Origin: a virus
IMG/VR virus record: IMGVR_UViG_3300044612_000719
Coordinates: 1 to 64,000 of that record
DNA length: 64,000 bases
Strand: one strand, 5' to 3'
The position numbers and the translations under genes were made by a program. Under the pieces are notes generated by a model. The model did not search any database. It had not been told where the DNA came from and was given only the letters and a program-made list of their open reading frames with translations. Position 1 is the first letter of the stretch. Each line of letters starts with the position of its first letter. Shown piece by piece: positions 1 through 10,355 of the stretch.

Positions 1-360
1 GCCAGCGTCAGCGGCATCAAAACAGATCTCTTCCATTTCAGGTACTAACGTCTCATCCCAAAGAAGTAAAAGAGTTCCGTTGGTCTTTGACAAGTACTTA
101 ACAATGTCTCGTGCTGGATTTGCGTCTAAGCGCTCAACGGAAGATTTCTCAATAAACTCCCCAGGGGCGGTCCCATTGTGGGTGAGCATAAAATCAACTT
201 CCATGTCAATCAACCAGTTGATTACTCGTGACTCTGATTCAGATGGCTTGGCACCACAGGTAACAACAAAGTTGTTGTCTACGCCCAGTTCGTTAAGAGC
301 ATCTTCAATGATGTTCTTGCTAGTTCTGCCTGTTCCTAAAACACCGTACTTCTTTAACAT
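1..360 (-). CDS. Hypothetical protein, runs off the window start (MLKKYGVLGTGRTSKNIIEDAL...)
   Basis: Open frame read by hand from ATG at 360 to the window edge; GGAGG Shine-Dalgarno at 366-370; absent from the ORF track because its stop lies outside the window. Confidence 0.75.
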   Translation of the reverse strand, partial: MLKKYGVLGTGRTSKNIIEDALNELGVDNNFVVTCGAKPSESESRVINWLIDMEVDFMLTHNGTAPGEFIEKSSVERLDANPARDIVKYLSKTNGTLLLLWDETLVPEMEEICFDAADAG

Positions 361-369
361 CTTGTCCTC

Positions 370-624
370 CTATTTCATTGATCTACGTTGTGCCATATCT
401 CCTGTAAGGGTCAGTAACCGTAGCAGGGTATGTGTGGCGCCAGCAAGTGTAGCGACAACCAACCCCGAAGTCCACAACTCATCAATCTGAACTACAAAAC
501 TTATTCCGTAACTAAGCGCTACGGCGACTACTACTTTTACCCAAGGCATAGCCTCACGTGGGGTAAGTAAGTCAAGAACTTGAATCAATTTATATACCGC
601 TAACCCAGCGATTATGTAGTTCAT
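370..624 (-). CDS. Small multi-pass membrane protein (holin-like)
   Basis: Likely start MNYIIAG at 624 (ATGA overlap with upstream stop); 2-3 hydrophobic segments and a basic C-terminus. Confidence 0.55.
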   Translation of the reverse strand: MNYIIAGLAVYKLIQVLDLLTPREAMPWVKVVVAVALSYGISFVVQIDELWTSGLVVATLAGATHTLLRLLTLTGDMAQRRSMK

Positions 625-2273
625 AAAGTCTTTCCAGGAATCCAATCAAATTGAGTTGCATACTTTTCAGTGCTACCACTTAAGCCCATTAATGTAACAG
701 GGAGGATCTGTGGGAGCAACTTGGTAATAGATGCCTGGGTTTTCTTACGGTTAGTTGTATAAATAGAATAAGAAGTGTATTTAGTCCCAGACCACTTAAA
801 GTCTGATGCAAAGCCTTGGTAAAGGAACCCACCAAATACAGAGTCCCCGTCAAAGTAAGACCCATACTTATTGGGTTCAACCATCCATCTTTTAAACGTA
901 ATTGATTGGTTGGCGTCAAGTTTAAATACAAATACTGGATATTGGGTACCCGTAGAACTTGGGGCAGTCATTTGGTAGTACTGCCGATCATCAATGTTGG
1001 CAGGAATCTCAGATGCATCAGCAGTTACTCCAGCCCAGTTATTCCATGATGCGCTGGTATGCCACAAGCCACCATACAGATTCATTGGGGCAGACGCACC
1101 TGTTATCTCAGCCGATGTGTAATAAGCAGTGGTTGAACTTACAGGAACTCCAACCGTGGATCGGATAGCAACTTTAGTTGCGGTTGCCCCAGCAGTAATT
1201 GTGATCCCACCTGAGGCGCTTGTCGTAGTAACTGAGTACTCAGAAGTTACGTTCCATGATGTGGAGCCAACAAACTGAGGGTTAGCAACAAGGTTTGCAC
1301 GTTGTGCGTGTACAGCAAAGGTGTAATACGGGGCAGACGCACCTGTAAATACTGTGACGTCACCACCACTAACTGCAGTTAGATACGCTTTGGTAGCGGC
1401 AAGTGTCCCTTTTTGCCTACGAATATAACCAATGTCGTGCAACAGTGCTCGTGTTCTAGAAACTCCAACGTCTGCAACATTGAGTTCCAAACCAAGCATG
1501 GTTGCGAGTTCTTCTATGGCATCCGCCTCCGCTAACAATGGGTCATATTGAACCATCATTGAATCCATTAGTGTTCGTGTTCGGTCAACTTCAAAACCAA
1601 AGACGTCAACAAAACGTTCTAATTGACCACGGTTTAAATCAAATGGGTCAAGGTATGCGGTAGCGGTGTCCGCTTCACGGTAGTACAGAGGTACTCGGTT
1701 CCACATAGCGTTACGGGAACCATAGTCAAAAGGAACAATAACTTCTAGTGATGCCAAACGTTCATAGAAGTAACTGCCGTCAACACCATCAGTATTATAA
1801 TAAGCAAATAATGTGTAATACGCCCATTTACCTGAAGTAGGTTCATCAATGTACGCAGTGCCTGAGTCAGTTGTAATCTCCAACCGTTCTTGGTGAAGGT
1901 ACTCATTAGTAGTTCCTGAAACAATTACTTTTCCATCAGCCACAGTTTCTGGGTAACCAGTATCTGAATAAACAACAGCAACACTGATTAAACCAGTCTG
2001 TCCAGTTGTCACGGTGGATGCTTCTACAAATTCAGAAGTTAATGACCAGTTTAAAATAACTGCGTTATACTCAACGGCACTTGCTGAAAATGTGGATGTT
2101 TCAGTTGTATTTGAAACAGTAATAATTCCAGTTGAACGAATTGCAGCATCTTGATCAACTATTGATGCTCCAGTTGCTCTTTGTAGATCAGAGGTACCAC
2201 GAACAAATGAACCTACACCAGTGGCATCTCCAGCACCCGATACACGGCGTAATCTAAATGATTGTCTTGCCAT
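621..2273 (-). CDS. Baseplate wedge/tail protein with central P2 gpI-like domain and C-terminal carbohydrate-binding-like region
   Basis: WNRVPLYYREAD...LERFVDVFG...DP...LATMLG...IRRQKGT pattern; directly follows the baseplate J-like gene. Confidence 0.7.
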   Translation of the reverse strand: MARQSFRLRRVSGAGDATGVGSFVRGTSDLQRATGASIVDQDAAIRSTGIITVSNTTETSTFSASAVEYNAVILNWSLTSEFVEASTVTTGQTGLISVAVVYSDTGYPETVADGKVIVSGTTNEYLHQERLEITTDSGTAYIDEPTSGKWAYYTLFAYYNTDGVDGSYFYERLASLEVIVPFDYGSRNAMWNRVPLYYREADTATAYLDPFDLNRGQLERFVDVFGFEVDRTRTLMDSMMVQYDPLLAEADAIEELATMLGLELNVADVGVSRTRALLHDIGYIRRQKGTLAATKAYLTAVSGGDVTVFTGASAPYYTFAVHAQRANLVANPQFVGSTSWNVTSEYSVTTTSASGGITITAGATATKVAIRSTVGVPVSSTTAYYTSAEITGASAPMNLYGGLWHTSASWNNWAGVTADASEIPANIDDRQYYQMTAPSSTGTQYPVFVFKLDANQSITFKRWMVEPNKYGSYFDGDSVFGGFLYQGFASDFKWSGTKYTSYSIYTTNRKKTQASITKLLPQILPVTLMGLSGSTEKYATQFDWIPGKTL

Positions 2274-2275
2274 GA

Positions 2276-3847
2276 TCAGCCACCTGAAGCGGTTACACCA
2301 CCGCTAGGGGTCAATGTAAACGCTGAGGTAGCACCTAACACCAACATAGATGTTGCAGATGCTTGCACTCCAGTAAACCCACCACTACTGTCAATTACGT
2401 TATTAACAGTTGTAGTAAATCTACTAATCACTGCGTAGTCAACGCCATCAACGTCAAGTATTGCACGGTACACCTGCCCTAAAGAAACTCTGTTTCCAAA
2501 CAACGCATTGTCAAAACTAAACAGTTCATATATAGCATTAACTACGTTGGCATTTACTTTTTCTCTAATGTAGTTATCTTTAACTTGTATAGTTCCCGTA
2601 ATGTTAACAGGAGTTAGAGTTACTGATGCGCCAACACTTGATGTTACAAATGTAATTTCTCGTGGCTCTAAATAATCCTCAATACGAGTTACTTCATCGG
2701 CAGTTAATACCAGTGTGTTAGTAGAGCCATAGTCAGACGCTTCTGTAGTTGCCAGAATACGTACGGTACTACCGTCCACATAAGAAGTAGCACGAACAAT
2801 TCCAGGAACACGGAGCACGAGATCCTTGTAGTCCTGCAAAGACACTGCTCGGTCTTGTGATCTAAAAGCCGCTGGGATGTTTGACTTTAAAGAAGAAATT
2901 GATTCAATGTCAACACCACCGACTGCTCTGGAAGTATTAGGTATAACTACTAAACCATCTAGCGCTGGCTTACTAGGTACTTGGTAACTTTCAATTTCTT
3001 TAATTGCTCCAATAACTACGTTACCTGCGCTACCACGACTCTTGCGGTATGTAATGGTAATAGTGGAGTTAATAGTTGGAATAAATCCGTTAACGTTGTT
3101 ACCAAAACCAACTATGGAGTAATTGTCTGCCGTAATGTCTACGGAATATACTTTGTCACTACTTGTTCCCTGGATAATTCTATCTACAAATGAGTACGCA
3201 ACATCAGTTGCTCCCGCTCCTTCATTTACAGAAACTGTAATGCTATTAGTTACTACACCTGTTTGGCGTAGTGTTATACGTTGATTAAGCAATCCTGTTG
3301 AAGTGTATGTTTCAGTAACCCATTCGCCTTCAGTAACCGCAAGGGTAATTGCAGTTGTTTTTGGAAAAGTGTTATATGTGACCCCATCTGACACAATGTT
3401 TGCGCTTGCTCCAGCAGATGTACCAACAAATGCAATAGCCGTGTCACTTGTAAATACAACTTTGTTTGCCGTGTCAACTAATGGGGTTGCAAGAAACCTT
3501 GTTCGTTTAGGAATGAATACAGGGTTTGTATCTGTTGCCGAAGTGTTTGAAGCGTTTAATTGAATGGAGGCAGTTGCTGGTCGGCGTCCAGCAGGAACGT
3601 AGTCCAACAAGTTTGCTATTGCTAAAACGCTTTCACGTTGTGTAGCGGTACCAAGAAACGATTCTCCAGCAGCACGGTCTACATAGTAGTGAAGTACATC
3701 CCCCATGTATGCCCACAAATCAACCATTAACACACCAAAGTCGGACGCTTCACGGCTTGTCCATTCAGGTAGTTGGCGTGACGCACGAGCAAACAGGTCT
3801 GTTTGAATAGATGCGTAGTCTCTGCTGGTGTAGTCAAAGGTGGTCAT
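2276..3847 (-). CDS. Baseplate wedge subunit (baseplate J / T4 gp6-like)
   Basis: N-terminal DYTSRDYASI, EWTSREASDFGV, GGVDIES...QDRAVSLQDY motifs. Confidence 0.9.
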   Translation of the reverse strand: MTTFDYTSRDYASIQTDLFARASRQLPEWTSREASDFGVLMVDLWAYMGDVLHYYVDRAAGESFLGTATQRESVLAIANLLDYVPAGRRPATASIQLNASNTSATDTNPVFIPKRTRFLATPLVDTANKVVFTSDTAIAFVGTSAGASANIVSDGVTYNTFPKTTAITLAVTEGEWVTETYTSTGLLNQRITLRQTGVVTNSITVSVNEGAGATDVAYSFVDRIIQGTSSDKVYSVDITADNYSIVGFGNNVNGFIPTINSTITITYRKSRGSAGNVVIGAIKEIESYQVPSKPALDGLVVIPNTSRAVGGVDIESISSLKSNIPAAFRSQDRAVSLQDYKDLVLRVPGIVRATSYVDGSTVRILATTEASDYGSTNTLVLTADEVTRIEDYLEPREITFVTSSVGASVTLTPVNITGTIQVKDNYIREKVNANVVNAIYELFSFDNALFGNRVSLGQVYRAILDVDGVDYAVISRFTTTVNNVIDSSGGFTGVQASATSMLVLGATSAFTLTPSGGVTASGG

Positions 3848-4254
3848 GGGAGGGTCTCCTCAGTAAGGTTATCCATAGAAGTAATATTGTAATTAAGAGA
3901 TTGCACCCCTGGTGATGCAGTGCGGTAGTGGACAGACACTTCTAAAGCCGTACCATCATCACCAAAATAAGGAGTTTCCATAGGGGCAACACGCACATCA
4001 AGAACCGTTGCAATACTAAGGTGCTTACTAAATTCAAGCATCGCATCAGTTTTAAATTCTGAAAATACTAAGTCATCTACAGGTTCAAACATAAGGTCGT
4101 TAGCGCCAGCACCATACCCAGGTCGCATTGTACGCTCATATTTAGAAGTCACTAAAACATCCATGACGTGTTGTCGGGCAATGCTGTTTTGGTCAAGCAC
4201 TTGATCAACACGACCAGAAGCCGCTATTTGAAATGGTGTTTTAATTGTTGACAT
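3844..4254 (-). CDS. Baseplate wedge subunit, GpW/gp25 family
   Basis: VLVTSKYERTMRPGYGAG...LMFEP signature; synteny. Confidence 0.88.
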   Translation of the reverse strand: MSTIKTPFQIAASGRVDQVLDQNSIARQHVMDVLVTSKYERTMRPGYGAGANDLMFEPVDDLVFSEFKTDAMLEFSKHLSIATVLDVRVAPMETPYFGDDGTALEVSVHYRTASPGVQSLNYNITSMDNLTEETLP

Positions 4255-4550
4255 TACCTAAAAACTCCTAAAAAGAGGGCGTCTATTTGAGGCTGTAAAT
4301 CAGTTGTTGCTTCTGGTGCCACCTGCACCCAAAACACATTAGTAAGGTTAGCGTCGTCAGCGGTGACTACTATTTGTGAGCCAATTGATGGAACAGACCA
4401 GACTCCATTGTACGCTGTTCTGCCCACGTACGAAATGTCTACAACACTGTCTGCCCCAGTCAAAGCAGGGATACGTACTTTAATAACCCCTGTTGAAGTA
4501 TCTGAGTAAACAACAACTGCTCGGTAAACAGGGTTTTTAAGCATAGACAT
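4254..4550 (-). CDS. Baseplate spike protein, gp5/Vgr OB-fold only
   Basis: YRAVVVYSD...GVIKVRIPAL...VPSIGSQIVV...W OB-fold pattern; between hub and gp25 genes. Confidence 0.75.
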   Translation of the reverse strand: MSMLKNPVYRAVVVYSDTSTGVIKVRIPALTGADSVVDISYVGRTAYNGVWSVPSIGSQIVVTADDANLTNVFWVQVAPEATTDLQPQIDALFLGVFR

Positions 4551-5709
4551 CTCCAAAATCTAGTGAAGATACCCATACATTGTCTGCATTTAAAACAGGT
4601 GGTGGAGGTGGGGTAAAGGACGCTCCAGGCTTTGATTCCACGCTCTTACCCGTTGTGGAGTCAGTTGCAATTATAAGTTCGGTTACATAATTAGACCGAG
4701 TAACTGTATGGTGTGCTCCACGGACCAACCAATACCCGTCAAAGTTAGAATTGAAATTGTCAACTTTTACTACGGAACCAGGAACTGGATCAGGCACACC
4801 TGTTACTAGAGCGGTTGCGTTGTATGGGTAATTATGTTTAGTAGACGCATTAGATAACTTATTTAACATTTCTAATGATGTAACGTTTGTAGATACCTCA
4901 GCAACCCCTTTACGAGTTGCCAATTGTCCAAATCCTGTAAAGTCAGTGTCTTCAGTTGATGAGCGAACGATAGTTCCTGATGAATCAATGCCAACAAAGT
5001 TGTAGTTGTACACGGATCCTTCAAGAGTTGTGTCTCCAAATAGTCCATTAAACTCCATGATGCGGCCTGGTGCATACTTTAAGTCACCATAGGCTCCACG
5101 AACTGTTAGCAGTTCAACGTAGGGAAGTTGTCGTGATACTGCTTTATAAGGATCATATATGTGTATGTGAGTACCAGAAGCGGTTACGTTGTAACCAACA
5201 TCTTTACAAGCACGTGTCAATAATTCCCAATCCGATGATCCTGTTTGCGCCAAACGCTTCCATACAAAAGTGTCATTAGGAACAGCATATGAGTATCCAT
5301 AAGTATTAGCAATTTGAGAAACCAATTGAACAAGAGTTACATTTTCCCAAGTTTTGTATTTTGGAAAAGACATGTCGTAAGAAGAACCCATACAGGTTGC
5401 TACGGCAGTCTGTACGGGACTGTTGTTAATTAATCCTTTTCTTGTTTCCATTTTAGGTTCAATAAAAGAAACGTACCCATAAAAATCAACTGTTCGTTCA
5501 GCCCCAATTTTTATGGATATAAATACAGGTGAACCTACGTAGTCGGTAATACCTAAAGGCACTAATCCAGAAAACGTAATAGTAGCCATATCGTGCATGT
5601 TTTCATGTACGTCAATAGTTAACGATGTAATAGTCGTATAGTCAACAGTTGCCCCACTGATAACTACTGAGACATCGGGTGACCCTGGATGGCTACTTTT
5701 AAAGATCAT
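4537..5709 (-). CDS. Baseplate hub protein (gpD / Mu gp44 / VgrG-N-like)
   Basis: QTGSSDWELL and PGSVVKVD...FDGYWLVRGAHH motifs; synteny. Confidence 0.8.
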   Translation of the reverse strand: MIFKSSHPGSPDVSVVISGATVDYTTITSLTIDVHENMHDMATITFSGLVPLGITDYVGSPVFISIKIGAERTVDFYGYVSFIEPKMETRKGLINNSPVQTAVATCMGSSYDMSFPKYKTWENVTLVQLVSQIANTYGYSYAVPNDTFVWKRLAQTGSSDWELLTRACKDVGYNVTASGTHIHIYDPYKAVSRQLPYVELLTVRGAYGDLKYAPGRIMEFNGLFGDTTLEGSVYNYNFVGIDSSGTIVRSSTEDTDFTGFGQLATRKGVAEVSTNVTSLEMLNKLSNASTKHNYPYNATALVTGVPDPVPGSVVKVDNFNSNFDGYWLVRGAHHTVTRSNYVTELIIATDSTTGKSVESKPGASFTPPPPPVLNADNVWVSSLDFGDVYA

Positions 5710-5957
5710 GATGGAATACGGATTATTGTCCCTAGTGGTATTGAGTCTGGGAATTTAACGTGAGGGTTTATATCAGCAATTTTCCAATACAAACTTGGAT
5801 CTCGGTATATACGAGTAGCAATACTTTCAAAAGTCTCTGAACTTTTTACAACATAATTACTGTATGTTACTGATGATGTTTTTTTACGCATAGCAATAAC
5901 TGCTGAATCTACATCGTTAGTTTTTGTTGCGTACCTTGAGTTGGTGTTTAATGCCAT
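5706..5957 (-). CDS. LysM-like tail protein X (gp53-like)
   Basis: YVVKSSETFESIATRIYRDPSLYWKIADIN...GTIIRIP. Confidence 0.85.
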   Translation of the reverse strand: MALNTNSRYATKTNDVDSAVIAMRKKTSSVTYSNYVVKSSETFESIATRIYRDPSLYWKIADINPHVKFPDSIPLGTIIRIPS

Positions 5958-5961
5958 GGGA

Positions 5962-7521
5962 TTAACTTCCTGTTGACATATTAAAATTTAGTGCAGTCAT
6001 AGCCTGTCCCCATTTAAATTCTTTATCTATTTTTGCTACTTGTTTACAAATAGTTGAAGTACTTGGACTGAATATTTCAAATGTTATTTCTCCAACAAAC
6101 TGATATAAAGCATCACTGTCGGTATCCCATGGTTTAGATATGTTTGGTGTGGCTCTTGTGATGTCAAATGTTGCTTTTCTGTTAGATTGCATATCTTGTG
6201 AATTTGTAAAACTATGGATTAAATCTCCAACGTTGTAACCTCCCCCAGTTCCACCGCCATCTCTTCCTTTGTACTTAATGTCTATATCAATAGTGGCGTT
6301 AATGCTTTGCACATACCCAGCCTTAATAGCGTCCTCAAGTTGTTTATCCATAATAGTAGAAAATATGAATTTAGTAGGTTCTGAACTTTTTGAAAGTATT
6401 TCTGAAGGGGTGACGTTTACAAAGTTAGCGCCGTCTGCTGGTTCTATAAATGGTCTTTTAAATAAAGTAATACCTTGTAACGCTTCATTTTCTGCATCAA
6501 CTGGGTCACTCCCGTTTGATCCTGGGTCACCTGGGTTACTGTTTGCATTTCTAAGAGTTGTTGTAAGGAATGTATCTTTTGAAGCAAACCCAATGTACAT
6601 TGCCTGCATGTTGATAGACACAGTGCATTGCGTAGGAACCATTGCGTAATTAAACTTGTTAAAAGTTACTGTAGATGAAGTGATAAATCCTTCAACCATG
6701 TACAAAGATGAAAACACAATACGCACTGGTTGTGAAATAAGAAACGCAGAGTTACCAACGCTTCCCCCTAAGAAATCTCCTACCTTTTTCTCACTCAGCG
6801 TTATTGGTGTTTTGTCATCTTCATCTGTAGTTGATTCGTTATTTTCTTCGGTTACACCAGCGTTGTATGTATTAACATTTTCTTTTAATTTTCCTAAAAT
6901 ACTGTTAATTAAATCAGAGTTAATACCTTGTCCAATAATAGAGTCAAAGACAAGAAGGTCTGCCAGTACACCAATGTCTGATACGGATGTAGGATCGTAT
7001 TGACCTAGTTTGGTTGGTATCGTTCCACCGTACGGTCCAACGTTTCCAACAGTTACTTGTGATGGGAAGGTTGTGGCTTCAGTGCGTGGTTTCCTATCAA
7101 TAGGTACTTGACTAGAACCATCGTCATATGAGCCAGTTGCAACTTCTGCTTCTCGGTTAAGGATGAACTCAAACGCAAAGTTGGCATCTCCAGGAATTGG
7201 TGAAACCAATTGACCAGGATCTTGGTTCATCCAAAACTGAACGTCGTTTCGTGCAGATACTGAACGTACTAAAACATCTGGATTGAATTGAAAATGGAAA
7301 CGACGGTTCTGTAGTTTCCTTGCAGTAGCATCCGTTCCATACGCTTCCGTAAGCATACGAATATAACCACGTTGTAATTTTAACTTTTTATTAGTTAATG
7401 AGTTACGGTAATCCTTACCAGGGAATAAAAACCGTGGGTTGTCATCTCCTCCAACTTGTTGAGGAGTACCTGTCTCATATGAGTTAAAGTTATAAAATTG
7501 ATCTGAAGCGTACCTAGCCAT
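5962..7521 (-). CDS. Tail tube initiator / baseplate-tube junction-like virion protein
   Basis: FHFQFNPD and VEGFITSSTVTFNKF...PTQCTVSI motifs; lies between tape measure and LysM gene. Confidence 0.55.
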   Translation of the reverse strand: MARYASDQFYNFNSYETGTPQQVGGDDNPRFLFPGKDYRNSLTNKKLKLQRGYIRMLTEAYGTDATARKLQNRRFHFQFNPDVLVRSVSARNDVQFWMNQDPGQLVSPIPGDANFAFEFILNREAEVATGSYDDGSSQVPIDRKPRTEATTFPSQVTVGNVGPYGGTIPTKLGQYDPTSVSDIGVLADLLVFDSIIGQGINSDLINSILGKLKENVNTYNAGVTEENNESTTDEDDKTPITLSEKKVGDFLGGSVGNSAFLISQPVRIVFSSLYMVEGFITSSTVTFNKFNYAMVPTQCTVSINMQAMYIGFASKDTFLTTTLRNANSNPGDPGSNGSDPVDAENEALQGITLFKRPFIEPADGANFVNVTPSEILSKSSEPTKFIFSTIMDKQLEDAIKAGYVQSINATIDIDIKYKGRDGGGTGGGYNVGDLIHSFTNSQDMQSNRKATFDITRATPNISKPWDTDSDALYQFVGEITFEIFSPSTSTICKQVAKIDKEFKWGQAMTALNFNMSTGS

Positions 7522-10202
7522 TACATTCCTCTCAATGCCGTTGTCTTAACACGGCGTGCAACGATGTCAGCAATTTCTTGAGCAACCCTATTAGCGTCTG
7601 CTGTGTTGTTACCTGACGATTGAATATAGATGTTTGGGGCGATTGTAATGCCACCTCCACCACCTTCTACGATTACTGTGTTCCCACCACCACGTGATGG
7701 TGCGTTAAGAGGGTCACCTGAAGGACCATGCGTAGTACTTCTGGCTGTTCCAGGAGGTAGGTCAACTGAATTAAGTTTCCCTACACCAGGCCATGTTATG
7801 TTTCCCCTTACAATGGATTCAAACCCATCGTGAGCATGGAATTGATCTAGTAGAACTTTGGCTACTTTCTTTTGATCTTCAGGAGTTGCCAGTGCAGGGT
7901 TCTTTGCGTACGCTAAACCGCCACCTCGGTTCCAGTTAAATTGATTCATGGCAAACCCACCCATAAGCGTGCCATCCCTATTTTTTACAGTTCTAGTCCA
8001 GTCTTTTTGTTCATGTAAATGTAAGGCTTCTAGATCAGCATCACTAAATGACTGTGGAACAAAATATCCCCAACCATCATAGTTTGGGGTTGTTCGGTAC
8101 TTGAACCCCGCAGGAATGTTTCCTGACCTAGGTGCTGTTGCAGGGCTTTTACTTGTTCCAACTCCTGCTGAGGATGCCGACCCAGTACGTAGGGTTACCA
8201 TACGCCCACCAGCGCCACCACCACCTAAACGCATTCGGTTTGATGCACGATCATAGGCAATAGAATCAGCAATACTCAATTGTGAGTTAACAGCGATACC
8301 ACTGCTTGTGTATGTACCGCTCTGAGACTCTCCTTCAAAAGTAGCGTCGTATGGGTAAGCCGCAGTTCCAGCAGGTCCACGACCCCATGGCGCACCCGAC
8401 TCTTCATACTTACGACGACTGTTTGGAAGTTCTGCAGGTTGTACGTGCCATGGCTCATCAATGCTTGCAATGGTCTTTAATCCAAAGCGTGAAGCATTTC
8501 GCATAAACCATTCTTCGTCAGCCTTTGTAGGGTAATGAAGGTCAACAGCCAAACCAAGTTCATGCATTGACATTCCTGGAGGAGCCGCATCTGGAACACC
8601 CGCATGCTTCTTCCAATAAGAACCATCCCAGAAGACACCAGTCTTTTCAGAAGTCTTTGAGTAACGGGACAAGAACATAGTTCTCTGGTCAGAAGATGAG
8701 CGATAACCTGTTCCAATAGTAATTCCTGGTCGTTCTGCCATCATCTGACGCAAACGGTCACCAAATGTTTTATTAATACTATTTGGAACGTTGGGTGCTC
8801 CACCACTACCACTAGCGCCATTAGTTGGTTTAGACCCACGTCCTTTTTCTACAGGGTCACCACCAAAGATACTAAGAGCATCATTGATAGGTCCCATGAT
8901 GGAACCAAAACCTTTACCAAGCATATTGGTAATTGGGTTACCACGAGTACTAATGCGTGCACCGATAATGGCAGACGTTAAGTCTTCAATCTTTGTGGTT
9001 AACGTTTCCATCTTCTGCGTGTTACGTTCCATAGACGCATAATTATCTTTTTGTTTGTTATAGAAACTCTCCGCACGTTGTTCTCTACGTACGTCAGTTA
9101 CTTCACGTTCAGTAGCAAAGTTTCCTTCAATACCCATTGTTTTAAGTTGATCACGGTTACCAGGGTTATACATACCCTGTTTTCCACCCGTCTTCTTTTG
9201 ATACTGGACATTCTGCATTGCGTATTGAATAACGATGTCATGCATATCCTCAGGAACACCCATGGCAGTAAGTCGTGCACGAGTCGTGGACCCAGGTTGC
9301 AAAGCGCCTTTAACAACACGCTCATTGGTCAGACCTGCACCACGAACAATAGATTGAATTACCTGCATTGGAGAACGTTGCTTACCACCAGGTCCATAGA
9401 TGCCTGTACCCAACGTCATGGTCATGCGGTTATTTACTTCTGGAGAAGCCATGGTTGTAATCATTTGGTTTACATCAGCGGTACTTAAACCAAAACCGCT
9501 GATGGTTCTAATAGCCTCAACGCTTCTAGACATCATCTGGGCATTAAGTCCAGTGTTTGCCTGTAGGCGAAGCATTTCATTAATACCGCCAGGTCCTAGG
9601 CGGAAGTTGTTAATTGGTTGCCTAAAGCGGTTGTAGTTAGTCTGTTGACTAATGCCATACATCTGTTGGTACATGACGCTCTGTCGGTCATTGACCAGTG
9701 ATGAACTATATCCAGTGTCAATTCTGGCATCTAGTTTTGCCATCGCTTGTTGCATTTTGTCAAGTTGAGACTTAACAACTTTAGAGGCGGCGGCAAAAGC
9801 GGCACCGTAAGGACCTCCAGCCGCCGCAGCCATAGCACCTGCTCCACTAGCGCCCCCTCCTGCACCAGCAATTCCAGCGGCTTGTGGTGCTCTAACCATA
9901 GACGCACTTTGTATGATGGCGTTGTTGGTGGCGCCTGCTGTGCTTGTAGCGGCGTTGGTACTGCCAGAAGACATGCCTTGAACAGAACGGGTTGTATTAC
10001 TTGCGGCTGTATTTAGTTTTGTAATCTCCTCACGAAGTTTTACAACCTTTTTAGTGAGGTCATCATACGTAGTCATCCACAGACGGGCTACAGATTTGTC
10101 TAAACGTAGTCCTACGCTTGCGTTGACGCTAGCGGTGTTGCCTGTTCCTGAACGTGAGCGACCGCCTAAAGCACCATCACCTAAGCCACGTTCTTCAACC
10201 AT
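7521..10202 (-). CDS. Tape measure protein with M15 (VanY-like) peptidase and Rpf-like transglycosylase domains
   Basis: Long Ala/Gly/Gln-rich helical protein after the tube chaperones; GYRSSSDQ...APPGMSMHELGLAVDL...EPWHVQ (M15); LEALHLHE...GGFAMNQFNW...GG...PALATPEDQ...WP (Rpf-like). Confidence 0.82.
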   Translation of the reverse strand: MVEERGLGDGALGGRSRSGTGNTASVNASVGLRLDKSVARLWMTTYDDLTKKVVKLREEITKLNTAASNTTRSVQGMSSGSTNAATSTAGATNNAIIQSASMVRAPQAAGIAGAGGGASGAGAMAAAAGGPYGAAFAAASKVVKSQLDKMQQAMAKLDARIDTGYSSSLVNDRQSVMYQQMYGISQQTNYNRFRQPINNFRLGPGGINEMLRLQANTGLNAQMMSRSVEAIRTISGFGLSTADVNQMITTMASPEVNNRMTMTLGTGIYGPGGKQRSPMQVIQSIVRGAGLTNERVVKGALQPGSTTRARLTAMGVPEDMHDIVIQYAMQNVQYQKKTGGKQGMYNPGNRDQLKTMGIEGNFATEREVTDVRREQRAESFYNKQKDNYASMERNTQKMETLTTKIEDLTSAIIGARISTRGNPITNMLGKGFGSIMGPINDALSIFGGDPVEKGRGSKPTNGASGSGGAPNVPNSINKTFGDRLRQMMAERPGITIGTGYRSSSDQRTMFLSRYSKTSEKTGVFWDGSYWKKHAGVPDAAPPGMSMHELGLAVDLHYPTKADEEWFMRNASRFGLKTIASIDEPWHVQPAELPNSRRKYEESGAPWGRGPAGTAAYPYDATFEGESQSGTYTSSGIAVNSQLSIADSIAYDRASNRMRLGGGGAGGRMVTLRTGSASSAGVGTSKSPATAPRSGNIPAGFKYRTTPNYDGWGYFVPQSFSDADLEALHLHEQKDWTRTVKNRDGTLMGGFAMNQFNWNRGGGLAYAKNPALATPEDQKKVAKVLLDQFHAHDGFESIVRGNITWPGVGKLNSVDLPPGTARSTTHGPSGDPLNAPSRGGGNTVIVEGGGGGITIAPNIYIQSSGNNTADANRVAQEIADIVARRVKTTALRGM

Positions 10203-10208
10203 GCTTCA

Positions 10209-10355
10209 TCAGTCTCCAGAGTTACGCCATTTACCCATTGCCGACCAGTACGTTCTTTGACGTACCGTCATGTTTTGTATGTCGTTGAGCGTAAAGCCCT
10301 TGTAAACCGTAGCGATCAGATCGTATTCCCAGTATATATGAACCAGATTAACCAA
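10209..10355 (-). CDS. Short tail/hub assembly chaperone (T4 gp51-like), TTG start or frameshift extension of the upstream gene
   Basis: Frame read by hand: LVNLVHIYWEYDLIATVYKGFTLNDIQNMTVRQRTYWSAMGKWRNSGD; fills the gap between chaperone and tape measure. Confidence 0.65.
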   Translation of the reverse strand: MVNLVHIYWEYDLIATVYKGFTLNDIQNMTVRQRTYWSAMGKWRNSGD

